64,000 nt of DNA from the sequence record PP601403.1. The stretch is one strand, 5' to 3'. The notes under the pieces are model-generated. The model did not search any database. It was given only the letters and a program-made list of their open reading frames with translations, and was not told where the DNA came from. Numbering within the stretch: the stretch's first letter is position 1; the number at the start of each line of letters is the position of its first letter. This document shows, piece by piece, positions 1 to 9,244 of the stretch. The translations under genes and the position numbers were made by a program.

Positions 1-23
1 AATCTTACTATAGTCCGTAGACT

Positions 24-51
24 GGAAAGCCCCTCAATAGAGGGGCTTTCC
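24..51. terminator. Stem-loop, probable intrinsic terminator
   Basis: ggaaagcccctc-aata-gaggggctttcc, 12-bp perfect stem. Confidence 0.7.
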
Positions 52-160
52 TTTATACAGCCATTTGGTAATCTCGCTTCCTGCTGTGTTTGCAGTATTC
101 CATCGGCAAGTCTTTCACTTCGGCCTTACTCTCTACACAAACACCGAGCGCTGGTGCTAG

Positions 161-344
161 TCACCGTCGTATCAATGAGTCTTTATTAGCACTCGCCCTG
201 GTTGAACCAACCCAGTACGTCACACACGACGTGAGTATCCCTGACACCTGACCTGCCATGTAAACCACAATGTCCTTGTTCTCACCAGGAATAGCCCAGA
301 TAAACAGAGCGCCGATAATGGCTCCGGTTTTTGAGTAAATACAT
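161..344 (-). pseudogene. Frameshifted or 5'-truncated holin-like membrane protein fragment of foreign composition
   Basis: Minus frame ending TGA at 163-161 reads KTGAIIGALFIWAIPGENKDIVVYMAGQVSGILTSCVTYWVGSTRASANKDSLIRR, resembling small phage holins (two hydrophobic segments, YWxGS..S..KD tail). The ATG at 344 is out of frame by one base in an A5 run. 61-360 is 50% GC by hand count. Confidence 0.45.
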
Positions 345-428
345 TGCCCCCGCTTCGCTGGGGTTATATTTATTGAAGTTGCAATAGATTATAAGATCAT
401 ATTCTACTTGTTTCACTTATTCTGTCGG

Positions 429-455
429 TGTAATATACAATAAATAAATTATTCT
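429..455 (-). promoter_or_regulatory. Putative phage early promoter (TATATTAC type)
   Basis: Minus strand agaataatttatttattgtatattaca aligns with the 27-nt motif family. Confidence 0.55.
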
Positions 456-460
456 GAATT

Positions 461-490
461 GTTCACCCAACTCAATAGAGTTGGGTGAAC
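461..490. terminator. Stem-loop terminator downstream of the 1060-aa gene
   Basis: gttcacccaactc-aata-gagttgggtgaac, 13-bp stem with AT-rich flanks. Confidence 0.75.
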
Positions 491-495
491 TTTAT

Positions 496-3400
496 TTATC
501 TTTTCATTTCGACGTTAACTATTACATCCCAACTTCTTTCATTATCTGTTAAAATAATTCTTAGTTGTGTTTCCCCTATCTTACCAGAACTACTGACATT
601 TATTCTATATTTTCCTTCTTCTAATAACTTAACCTTATTATTAACAGTAGTTATAAAGGAAGGATCGAAACCAATATTACCAATTACATCGGCATTCAAT
701 GGAACATTTGGATTATTGTATTTGTCCAACTTAACTCTGAACTCTATATCAGAGTTTACATTAAGAACAGCTATTCCATCAGATACTTCTGAAACCTTAG
801 GAACGACCGGATTAACTTCTATAGCAACTTTATCAGAACTAACAGTTACACTACCTAAGTTTACACTAATAATAAACCCGCCATTACCGCCCAGATGACT
901 TAACATCAAATGCGATTGATAAACACCATTTACTGGATCTATTAGTTCGATAAAACTATCAGTTCCAATAATAACCGGTAAATCTGGATTGTCATTGAAG
1001 TACCCGACACCTGCTGTTTTAGCATTATAAATGCATGAACCAGTTTGATCTTTTAGTTTATACAAAATAGCTTGTTTGGTACTAGCAGTAAAGTTCTTAG
1101 TTAGTAATTCAACAGTTATCCCAGTGACAACTTTCCTTGTTACTTGTATTAATCCCCCTACTTCCTTTCTATATAGATTTGTTCCATCTAACATTCTAAC
1201 TTCCAAATCTATTTCAGAAATATCAACTTCTCCCATAGGAACTGATTTAGTAGTTTCTAAAACTATCCCGTCTGGCTCAATTGATTTAACTAAAACTTCC
1301 GGGGAACTTAATTTTACATTTACAGTTATTCCAGGATCTGTTAACAAAACAGCATTTCCATTATAACTAACAGAGACACTAAGTTTACTACTTAAGTAAG
1401 ATTCAATACTCACCATCCCAGACATATTAAGTTTTAACGGATAGGAAGGCTGAATATCGCTGTTTACCAACAACTCTCCAATATCATCAAGATTAATTAT
1501 ATCATTGAACTTCAATACAGAAGTTACTGATCCTTGTTCCACTAAACTATAACCAATGGTGATAAACTGTTCAGTTACTTTCTTCAGTGGATTAAAATTG
1601 ATATTAGGATATAGAGTAGACAATTCAGATCTATATTTAACCCTAGTATTTATCCGTTCGCGTTTATTGTAAACACAAACATCAAATTCCCCAGTTTCTA
1701 ACTCCCTTCCTTCCAAGTCTTTAGATTTAGGTAACAGAACCAAATCAGGTCCAGTGTAACCTAAAATCTCAAACTCCTGTTCCCAAGAGAAGTCCTTCTC
1801 AATCCCATCTACCAAAACTTTAAATTTGAAATTAACTTTCTTATTAGTAGTTACGTCTTCCCCATCAACAACGATCCAAGTATCCTGAATACTCCAAGTA
1901 TCAAAACTCATAATCACTGGAGAAGTTTCGCTGTTCTCAATAACCACATTTCTAACTTTATCACTTGACTCGTTACCGTTAATGTAAACTTGGAATGGTA
2001 AAGGTCCTTTCTGATAACGTTCCACAGTTTTATTAAAACTGTTCCTAGGTCTAAGATCTACGGTAGAAACTTTAATCACTTCTACATTTAACTTATCAGT
2101 TCTAGAGTAAAGTTCTCCATTACTAGCAGGTAACTTTAATCCAAAGTTAATAGTATCAGTTATAATCATTCCAGGTGAATTAGAATCCTGAACAATCTCA
2201 TATTCAAAACGCTCTGTATCGACGTCTGTGACATTTATCAGTTGTCTTTGACCTACCAGGCCAATATTAACTCCGCATTTATTTAAAGCAATTGGGGAGT
2301 CTTTTAACTTAACCTGATAAGTTATACTTCCAATGTCACCTTTCTCACCTTTAATTAAAACTGGTTCTAAGTTAACTAACTCTAACTGATCCTGTTCGCC
2401 TAAAGGTTTAACTATTTCCAACTCTACAAATAAGTTACCTTTATTACCCTGATGACTAAACTCGCCAATAATTAGATCGTTGAAACTAGAGTTGTGATCG
2501 GGAAGAATAGTAGTCGGTACACCTGTGTAAAGTAACCCATCTTTCCAAGTTTTATCTAAGGTGTATTTGTCATTAGTGAGCTTACATGTTAGCCAACTAG
2601 GGTAAACATCAGGAATAACATTTTCACTATTTACTTGACACTTAACAACTATTCCTAGTTTATACAAAGTAGAAGTTCTAATACTTTCAGTTTGGGTAAT
2701 TACTTTTAGTTCAGATACTTCATCTTGATTAATCGTAAAACTAACTGTAACGACTTTAGAGAAGACATAATCATCGTGGACTACATTGATGCCAATTTCT
2801 ACTTCATCGCTTAATACGGAGCTTACAGAGCCTTTCACAAAGGTGAAAATACTCTCAAGTTTATTAGGAGATTGTTTTCCAGAAATATAACCATTTTTAC
2901 TTCTGTAAGTTAATTCCGTTTTAGCTGTTACATCAACACCATCAACTGTAAACAAGTTAGTGAAACGTAACTCATCACCCCGTTTACCAATTAATGTACT
3001 AGGGAAATTATCGGTAACCGTATTCTTATCTAACTGGTCTTGAACTAACTCTTCAACAAATAAGTGAACAGGTTCTACTCCTACTGAATCATCAGTAACC
3101 AATACACCACCAGATGTTAAGCCACTCTTACTAATATGAGTTTCATCTTCCCGATAAAACTCCGATTGTTCAAAGAACACATGACCCATTAATTCATTGA
3201 ATTTAGCTAACCCAAAAGCTTCCTCGTGCTTAACACAATAACCTAGAGCATTTCTCCAAACTAAGTTAAGTAGTTTACCTTGTACTTCTTTCCTATTAAA
3301 CTTATTCTTGAAATCAGTTAATGTATTACAAACAACGACTTCTCGATTAAAGTCTTTAGCAATAGTTAACATACTAACAGTAGAAACTGGAATATCTACC

Positions 3401-3678
3401 CTAGCGAATGACTTATCACGCTTCACTAAACAGATCTTCTTAGAACCATCATCGTCAGTATAGACAGACTCTATCATAAAGTCTTCTGGTTTCAAATCAG
3501 AGTAACGAGTATCTGCAAGATGACGTTCTACTAAATTACCTTGTTCGTTTACAATTTCATGTCTTTGTTTAAAGAACTGTTTCACAATAGAAAATAAAGG
3601 ATCATTTATCTTCTTTGGGAATACCTTATGTTCATTAGCTACCATAACGTAGTTTCCTTTGGCTTTAAGGATAGTCAA
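496..3678 (-). CDS. Large beta-rich protein, probable virion/fibre-like; N-terminal domain shared with 10526-11125 and 20351-21148
   Basis: 1060-aa ORF, V/I/T/K-rich alternating pattern; N-terminal KKINDPLFS..RYSDL motif. Confidence 0.6.
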   Translation of the reverse strand: MTILKAKGNYVMVANEHKVFPKKINDPLFSIVKQFFKQRHEIVNEQGNLVERHLADTRYSDLKPEDFMIESVYTDDDGSKKICLVKRDKSFARVDIPVSTVSMLTIAKDFNREVVVCNTLTDFKNKFNRKEVQGKLLNLVWRNALGYCVKHEEAFGLAKFNELMGHVFFEQSEFYREDETHISKSGLTSGGVLVTDDSVGVEPVHLFVEELVQDQLDKNTVTDNFPSTLIGKRGDELRFTNLFTVDGVDVTAKTELTYRSKNGYISGKQSPNKLESIFTFVKGSVSSVLSDEVEIGINVVHDDYVFSKVVTVSFTINQDEVSELKVITQTESIRTSTLYKLGIVVKCQVNSENVIPDVYPSWLTCKLTNDKYTLDKTWKDGLLYTGVPTTILPDHNSSFNDLIIGEFSHQGNKGNLFVELEIVKPLGEQDQLELVNLEPVLIKGEKGDIGSITYQVKLKDSPIALNKCGVNIGLVGQRQLINVTDVDTERFEYEIVQDSNSPGMIITDTINFGLKLPASNGELYSRTDKLNVEVIKVSTVDLRPRNSFNKTVERYQKGPLPFQVYINGNESSDKVRNVVIENSETSPVIMSFDTWSIQDTWIVVDGEDVTTNKKVNFKFKVLVDGIEKDFSWEQEFEILGYTGPDLVLLPKSKDLEGRELETGEFDVCVYNKRERINTRVKYRSELSTLYPNINFNPLKKVTEQFITIGYSLVEQGSVTSVLKFNDIINLDDIGELLVNSDIQPSYPLKLNMSGMVSIESYLSSKLSVSVSYNGNAVLLTDPGITVNVKLSSPEVLVKSIEPDGIVLETTKSVPMGEVDISEIDLEVRMLDGTNLYRKEVGGLIQVTRKVVTGITVELLTKNFTASTKQAILYKLKDQTGSCIYNAKTAGVGYFNDNPDLPVIIGTDSFIELIDPVNGVYQSHLMLSHLGGNGGFIISVNLGSVTVSSDKVAIEVNPVVPKVSEVSDGIAVLNVNSDIEFRVKLDKYNNPNVPLNADVIGNIGFDPSFITTVNNKVKLLEEGKYRINVSSSGKIGETQLRIILTDNERSWDVIVNVEMKR

Positions 3679-3728
3679 AACATCTTTATTTTATTTTTCA
3701 ATTGAGTTTACTATATTATAACTGACTA

Positions 3729-3812
3729 GGAAACCCCGGTTAGCCCGGTAGGGTAATTTGTTTGTTATATGGTGGAATGAACGTAGTGAATGACATCCTT
3801 CTTTATTTAATC
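3729..3812 (+). repeat. Intergenic structured element, copy 1
   Basis: GGAAACCCC, GCCC-GGTA-GGGT hairpin and GAACGTAGTGA are shared with 38312-38385. Confidence 0.6.
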
Positions 3813-3833
3813 TTTAATGTTTATTTTTCTACT

Positions 3834-3860
3834 TCCAAATATTTTCAAACATATATTATT
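3834..3860 (+). promoter_or_regulatory. Putative early promoter
   Basis: tccaaatattttcaaacatatattatt; matches motif family, upstream of 3904. Confidence 0.7.
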
Positions 3861-3903
3861 AAGATGAAAGAGTAATAATGTTAATTAAATCTAGGAGAAG
3901 AAA

Positions 3904-4302
3904 ATGTATAAAGCTGATGATCTTGAAGTAACTTTGGGTCCTGTTGATGTTCGTGTTGATCTCACCGCGCCGCAGGATAGTGTCACTGGTCGTGTTCTTC
4001 ATAAACTGATGTATAACAATACGTCTTTGTATGAACTTGCACCTAACCCGTCTGGGTGTCCTCACAATGGTGGTGAACATACCCTTTGTATGACTGGGCC
4101 GCGTGTGGAGGTTAATGCTTGGTTGGACTTGTTGTCTGAAACTTACCCAGAAGTAAGAATAATGGTCATTAATGTTAAACGTAAGATCCATAAGGACTTT
4201 CTCTCCGGTGACTGGCGGAAATTTAACCGGATTAATGTGAAACTTAAGGATCTCCAGTATCTGGAACAAAAAACCCCATCAAGAAAGACCTGTTGCGGTT
4301 AA
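3904..4302 (+). CDS. Hypothetical protein
   Basis: 132-aa ORF with AGGAG RBS. Confidence 0.7.
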   Translation: MYKADDLEVTLGPVDVRVDLTAPQDSVTGRVLHKLMYNNTSLYELAPNPSGCPHNGGEHTLCMTGPRVEVNAWLDLLSETYPEVRIMVINVKRKIHKDFLSGDWRKFNRINVKLKDLQYLEQKTPSRKTCCG

Positions 4303-4376
4303 ATGGTTCAATAGTGTAGTTGAGCAGCTTGTTCCTGGTAATAAGTGATCAAATATATAGTCTAGGAGAGAATACC

Positions 4377-5180
4377 ATGTTTTCAAGAAATAAAGATATT
4401 TTTGTTTATTCCAGTTATTGGAGAACTTGGTCACGCGTTCTGTTAAGAATGGGTGGGAATTTCAGATATCAACTGGAGGTTGATGTTACTCCAGTTAATC
4501 CCCAGTATAAGGAATCTTGGGAACAGAGCAAGAATATCCGTATTCGTCGACACTGTACTGTACATGGACCGAGGGATGTCTATACTCACGATCTTCCTGA
4601 TGAAGTTGTAGAGAGTATGAAAGAACACATCTCTGAGGAAGCTATTGACGTTATTCTTCACTCTGATCTCTACAATCTGATTGATTGGGAACGCTTTGAT
4701 GATGTTAACAACTCAAGCAGTGGTGGAGGTGTACACCTTCTCGATTGTATTAAGACTATCACCCCTATCTTTAGATTAGGGTATGTTAATGATCAAGGTA
4801 GTGATATCATTAACGGGGATGTTGAATCATTTTCCAACAAACTGAAAGAAGATTTCGGTAGGGACGTTTACGGTAAAGAAAGATTGGTTACTGGATGGAT
4901 TGAGATTCAATCCCAAGGAACCGTTTGTATTTACATTACTCAGGATGAGGAAACTGAGGTTTACACGACTCACTTTATCGTGAAGGATGGAAATAGTCAA
5001 CATTACGTAAACGCGTACATGTTCAAGTTTCCAAGTGATTGGTACAGTGAGATTAAAGGTCTTGTTGATCAGTTGCTTGGTGAGTATATTGACAAGCTTG
5101 AAATCAGGGGTGAGGTCGATAGCTATATTGATCAAGCTAAATTGGTTTTGGAGCACGATGTGTTATTGGGATTAGTATAA
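4377..5180 (+). CDS. Hypothetical protein
   Basis: ORF track 4320-5180; ATG at 4377 follows AGGAG RBS. Confidence 0.7.
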   Translation: MFSRNKDIFVYSSYWRTWSRVLLRMGGNFRYQLEVDVTPVNPQYKESWEQSKNIRIRRHCTVHGPRDVYTHDLPDEVVESMKEHISEEAIDVILHSDLYNLIDWERFDDVNNSSSGGGVHLLDCIKTITPIFRLGYVNDQGSDIINGDVESFSNKLKEDFGRDVYGKERLVTGWIEIQSQGTVCIYITQDEETEVYTTHFIVKDGNSQHYVNAYMFKFPSDWYSEIKGLVDQLLGEYIDKLEIRGEVDSYIDQAKLVLEHDVLLGLV

Positions 5181-5183
5181 CAA

Positions 5184-5711
5184 ATGTCTGAATTAGAACA
5201 AGAGTTGTCTTTAATTCTTTCTGAATCGGTTGGGGTAAGATCCCCAACCTTTACGGATTGTCAATTGATCGAATACATCGGCAAAGATACACCAAAGAAC
5301 GTAACATCTTTCAATATAGATAAACTCGTTATAACACCTGAGCAGGAACTTATAAAGAAAGATCTGTTGAATCGATTGGAACTTATTCCTCCAGGTGTAG
5401 TTGTGTCTATTAAAACACTTGGGTTGGATAAAGAAGAACTAGGTGAATTGTTTAAGCATTTGACAATAACTGGGTCTACAGTTCCTAATCGTTCTGTGGT
5501 TGAACAACCTAAACTGGAGTTCTTCTATACCAATTACAAAGGTAATGAAGAAAGAAGAGTTGTTTCAACCAAAGTCCATATCTGGCATGGAGTATCAAAA
5601 TACCATAAGGATAAACAACATTTCTTAAGAGCTTACGATTACGATCGTGAAGGAATAAGAGATTTTGCTATGCCGGATATTTCTTGTTTCTTACAAGTTC
5701 CTGGATACTGA
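5184..5711 (+). CDS. WYL-domain protein
   Basis: C-terminal FFYTNYKGNEERRVV...HGVSKYH..QHFLRAYDYDREGIRDFAM matches the WYL domain pattern. Confidence 0.7.
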   Translation: MSELEQELSLILSESVGVRSPTFTDCQLIEYIGKDTPKNVTSFNIDKLVITPEQELIKKDLLNRLELIPPGVVVSIKTLGLDKEELGELFKHLTITGSTVPNRSVVEQPKLEFFYTNYKGNEERRVVSTKVHIWHGVSKYHKDKQHFLRAYDYDREGIRDFAMPDISCFLQVPGY

Positions 5712-5712
5712 C

Positions 5713-6141
5713 ATGAACATATTTAGTTTACAACATCAATTGCTGTTTTATAAGAAAATGGAGTTGTGGGTAAAGTTAAAGAAAACTAAAACTCAACTCG
5801 CAATTCTCTTATATAAAGAGAAACTCCATAAGCTAATCTTTGGTGATCGTGTTAGATTTGTTCTAGCAACGTGGGATTGGAAAGAAATTGAATATCCTAA
5901 TGGCCAAGTAATCAAATATCGTAAAGTCTCTTGGTTCTGGACTTATCAACGTTTTGATTTTTCTGAAAAAGAGATCACTACCGGTTATCAGTTAGATGGG
6001 GAAGATGGATATTATCTTGCCAATGTAGAACCGGAACAATTTCAAAACCATTTACTATATATGGAAGACATCTATAGTAAAGCGGATAATCTTTGTATCC
6101 GGTTAGGTATTTTGACTAGTCAAATGGAGAAACGGAAATGA
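5713..6141 (+). CDS. Hypothetical protein
   Basis: ORF track 5665-6141; ATG at 5713 follows the previous stop. Confidence 0.65.
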   Translation: MNIFSLQHQLLFYKKMELWVKLKKTKTQLAILLYKEKLHKLIFGDRVRFVLATWDWKEIEYPNGQVIKYRKVSWFWTYQRFDFSEKEITTGYQLDGEDGYYLANVEPEQFQNHLLYMEDIYSKADNLCIRLGILTSQMEKRK

Positions 6142-6596
6142 ATGTAGTAGAAAAATCGTTCAAAGAGCTGATGGGTGATATCCAGGGATTTGTAGACATC
6201 CATGTTCGAGATATCATTATTGAAACTTTAAAAAATATTACCCATCAAAGTTTTGGTGACAAGAATATCTTCGAAAGCTCTTTGGTGAATTTTAAAGAAC
6301 GTGTTAAGTATAAGTACGGGTCATTTCCTAATCAACTCAGCGAAGTCCAGTATGGTGAAATGACTGATTACCAAGGTTTTTATTCAGAGTTTATTTCCGG
6401 ACTCTCTATCCCTCTGGTTTCACCTAAGTGGTCTGTCGGGAGTCGAGCAAGGTTGATTATCGCTATTCCTAACAATCTTCCTATTCCACAAATCTCAGTT
6501 CAGTTTTATGTTGACAATGTAGATGAATGGGTTTCTGTTCCTTGTCGGACAAACACTGTGAAAGAAACCATCATGAATTTGTTTCCCCAAGAATAA
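6138..6596 (+). CDS. Hypothetical protein
   Basis: 152-aa ORF, ATGA overlap with upstream gene. Confidence 0.65.
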   Translation: MNVVEKSFKELMGDIQGFVDIHVRDIIIETLKNITHQSFGDKNIFESSLVNFKERVKYKYGSFPNQLSEVQYGEMTDYQGFYSEFISGLSIPLVSPKWSVGSRARLIIAIPNNLPIPQISVQFYVDNVDEWVSVPCRTNTVKETIMNLFPQE

Positions 6597-6607
6597 AGGA
6601 TAAAGTA

Positions 6608-7150
6608 ATGGAAAAGTTTGATAATGTAGTTCCCGTAGACCAATCTCAATTTGCTAAGAACTTTTTGACCAGAGGTTATCCTGAGTCGTTTGTTCATCCT
6701 GGAGAGAACAAGCAAGAGCTAGATCTGGAAAAGGACTTTACTCTCTACCAGTTGTCATTTAAGAACATTATCTTTGGTTTGGTTGCTGTCAACAATAAGA
6801 CCAGTGATGATCTAGCGGAACTACAAAAGCAAGTTTGTGGGATTAAGAAGTATAAACATCCGTTCCACGATGCTGTCCGTATTAGTCCGGTATCCGATCG
6901 TTATGGATATAAGTGGCTGGGTCAAGCAATCGCCAATTACGTCGGTCAATCTCCGATCCAAGTTCACTCTTACATTAACCCTGATCAGAGTGTTGGGATG
7001 TTGATGTGTTGTCCTCGTAAAGCTTTGCGTAAAGGTTTTGTTAACGCTGCTGTATGGCAGGGTGTAGACGACCTTGATGGGATGAAGTTTGGTAAATACA
7101 TCTATCCTATTTTGGAAGCTGGTGGATTTACTAGTGTAGAAAAAGTTTAA
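6608..7150 (+). CDS. Hypothetical protein
   Basis: ORF track 6527-7150; ATG at 6608 after AAGGA. Confidence 0.7.
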   Translation: MEKFDNVVPVDQSQFAKNFLTRGYPESFVHPGENKQELDLEKDFTLYQLSFKNIIFGLVAVNNKTSDDLAELQKQVCGIKKYKHPFHDAVRISPVSDRYGYKWLGQAIANYVGQSPIQVHSYINPDQSVGMLMCCPRKALRKGFVNAAVWQGVDDLDGMKFGKYIYPILEAGGFTSVEKV

Positions 7151-7164
7151 TTGTCATGGTTATT

Positions 7165-7192
7165 CTCTCTAGCCGATTAATCGGCTAGAGAG
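7165..7192. terminator. Perfect palindrome, probable terminator
   Basis: ctctctagccgattaatcggctagagag. Confidence 0.7.
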
Positions 7193-7218
7193 TTTATTAA
7201 AGTCTAGGAGAATAAATT

Positions 7219-7722
7219 ATGTTACAACAAGTATGTGTCCACCAAGGTAAACGTCATCGTTATTTCATTATGGAACACCAGAATGTTCCTACTTTCGTTA
7301 AAGCTGTTAAAGAGTGTAAAGGTGATGATATTTATGTCACTGGTGCTATCGAAGGTGTCGACTTACATAAACGGTTCGTATCTGCGCATTACAAACTTTG
7401 TTTTAGTGTCGAACTGGGATTTGGGATCCTAGCTTACGGATTAAAAGAAGCTGATGGTAAAGGTATTCCAGGGTTTATCAACAAACACACCGATTGTCGT
7501 GAGAGTGTCAATAAACTAGGAATTGCTGAGTTTATTCGTCAAGGTGAAATGAAGTTCCTACTGGGTACTGAAGATCAAGCAACATTTGACTTCAGTGAGG
7601 TATCTGATGATAAGTTTCTTGACAAAGTAATCGTTGATAAGATTGACGAAACTTTACGTAAAGAAGGTCTCCAGCTTACTCCTTCCCAAATCCTAGTACT
7701 CAATAAATATATTAAGGATTGA
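7219..7722 (+). CDS. Hypothetical protein
   Basis: 167-aa ORF with AGGAG RBS. Confidence 0.7.
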   Translation: MLQQVCVHQGKRHRYFIMEHQNVPTFVKAVKECKGDDIYVTGAIEGVDLHKRFVSAHYKLCFSVELGFGILAYGLKEADGKGIPGFINKHTDCRESVNKLGIAEFIRQGEMKFLLGTEDQATFDFSEVSDDKFLDKVIVDKIDETLRKEGLQLTPSQILVLNKYIKD

Positions 7723-7725
7723 ACT

Positions 7726-8127
7726 ATGAATGAGAAAGAAAAAGGAATATTAATTATCCACTCACCGACAGATATCGAAAAAAGCAAAGTGTTACAGTAC
7801 GTTGGTGAAAGAAGAGTTGGTAGCGGAGTTGAAGTTACACCTGTCATTCATCTTGATCGATTGAAGCCAGAAGAAGCTGACACTCTGGGGTTGATCATGG
7901 AACCGACTGGTCAAGTCACAGTTAAACAACCGGTCGTTTTCTCTGGTACAGGAACTGTAACTTTGGTGAATCACCTTAATTCCCACTTGGCTATAATTAA
8001 TGAAGTTTGTAAATCAGTCGGTAAGTTATTTAAAGAGAGCGGGTATGAGGGTTGTCGAACCCCTGCTCCTTTTCGTAATGACAAAGGTATTTACAGACAG
8101 CATAAACGTCAAAGGAAACATAAATGA
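7726..8127 (+). CDS. Hypothetical protein with basic C-terminus
   Basis: 133-aa ORF in operon context. Confidence 0.65.
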   Translation: MNEKEKGILIIHSPTDIEKSKVLQYVGERRVGSGVEVTPVIHLDRLKPEEADTLGLIMEPTGQVTVKQPVVFSGTGTVTLVNHLNSHLAIINEVCKSVGKLFKESGYEGCRTPAPFRNDKGIYRQHKRQRKHK

Positions 8128-8387
8128 GAATAAGAGAATATATTATCTTGTTCTGTGGTTCAGCTATGTTATTTGGGCTATTACCAAACTTAATCAATAA
8201 AACAGGTGAAGAGTTTAAAGTCACTTTGTTTATATTTGGTATGGTTACTCTTTGTCTAATGTTAACCTGCGCAACCTACTATATAGAGTGGTTAATCAGA
8301 AAGGACAATAGAAAGAGATCACGAAAAGATCGTAAAGATTACAATGAAAATCTTAATCTATTAAACGATTTTTGTAATAAGGATTAA
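8124..8387 (+). CDS. Small membrane protein (2 TM)
   Basis: Two hydrophobic segments and a basic tail. Confidence 0.6.
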   Translation: MRIREYIILFCGSAMLFGLLPNLINKTGEEFKVTLFIFGMVTLCLMLTCATYYIEWLIRKDNRKRSRKDRKDYNENLNLLNDFCNKD

Positions 8388-8389
8388 GA

Positions 8390-8416
8390 TCCAAATAGTT
8401 TTAGAACTATATCATT
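8390..8416 (+). promoter_or_regulatory. Putative early promoter (variant)
   Basis: tccaaatagttttagaactatatcatt. Confidence 0.55.
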
Positions 8417-8455
8417 TAAGTGTTATTCAACCATAATGTTTAAGGAATCTAGGAT

Positions 8456-8839
8456 ATGATGAACGAACTGAAAGCTCAAATCTTCAAAAAGAAACTCTTT
8501 GGTCTGAAACACAAATTACGTTTCCTCAAAGATGATGAAGTTATCCAGGAAGGTGATCTTCACTTTAAGGTTAGCGGATATGGGGTTTTTGAATTCAAAT
8601 CCCAAGATGCGTTGATGGGATATTTGGAACATCGAATCAAAGAAGCAGAAGTTGGTAATTGGGAAGGTAAGGTTCTCAAATATCTTTCTGAAAATCTGGG
8701 TAAGTATCAAGAAGGTTACAAACTTATCCTGGTAGCGAGATTGATCGATAGTCCGGAACATACTGGTCTTTGGACTGCCGCTAGTTACGGTGAACCTGTA
8801 ACTGACTTCCCCATGCGTGTTTTCGTGCGTAAAATCTAG
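8456..8839 (+). CDS. Hypothetical protein
   Basis: 127-aa ORF, AGGA RBS. Confidence 0.7.
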   Translation: MMNELKAQIFKKKLFGLKHKLRFLKDDEVIQEGDLHFKVSGYGVFEFKSQDALMGYLEHRIKEAEVGNWEGKVLKYLSENLGKYQEGYKLILVARLIDSPEHTGLWTAASYGEPVTDFPMRVFVRKI

Positions 8840-8854
8840 ATAAGGAATATCAAA

Positions 8855-9217
8855 ATGAAACTACTTAATGTATTATTAGTAACACTTGTAATGTTCTGTT
8901 CTTCAGCATTTGCCAACGACACCCCGTTCAAAATTCGTAGTGCGATGAGTGAAGACTATTTCGGTGGTGTTCTTTTGGACATTGTTGTCACTTCTCTGAC
9001 TGACGACATCTTTGTAAAGAATGTCGAGGTAAACCGGGGTGCTTGTAAAGAAGGCCCTAGTAATTACCGGATGCAAAACAAGTCACTCAAGTTTGGACAA
9101 TCTGTCACTTATCAATGGCGTTTATTCAACGGAATAGATAAATCTCGTTATGAGTGTGAAGTGATCGAAGTAAAGGTTTACAGTAACGCTGGTGATTTTA
9201 CTTATTACCCTAATTAA
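8855..9217 (+). CDS. Secreted/periplasmic protein with signal peptide
   Basis: MKLLNVLLVTLVMFCSSAFA signal peptide; VNRGAC and a later Cys suggest a disulfide. Confidence 0.7.
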   Translation: MKLLNVLLVTLVMFCSSAFANDTPFKIRSAMSEDYFGGVLLDIVVTSLTDDIFVKNVEVNRGACKEGPSNYRMQNKSLKFGQSVTYQWRLFNGIDKSRYECEVIEVKVYSNAGDFTYYPN

Positions 9218-9244
9218 TAAAACCCTACCAAAAAGGAATAGAAG

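Noticed and set aside
3694-3720. TATATTAT upstream of element copy 1 as another early promoter
   Set aside because: Spacing to the T-tract does not match the 27-nt consensus; left as a possibility only
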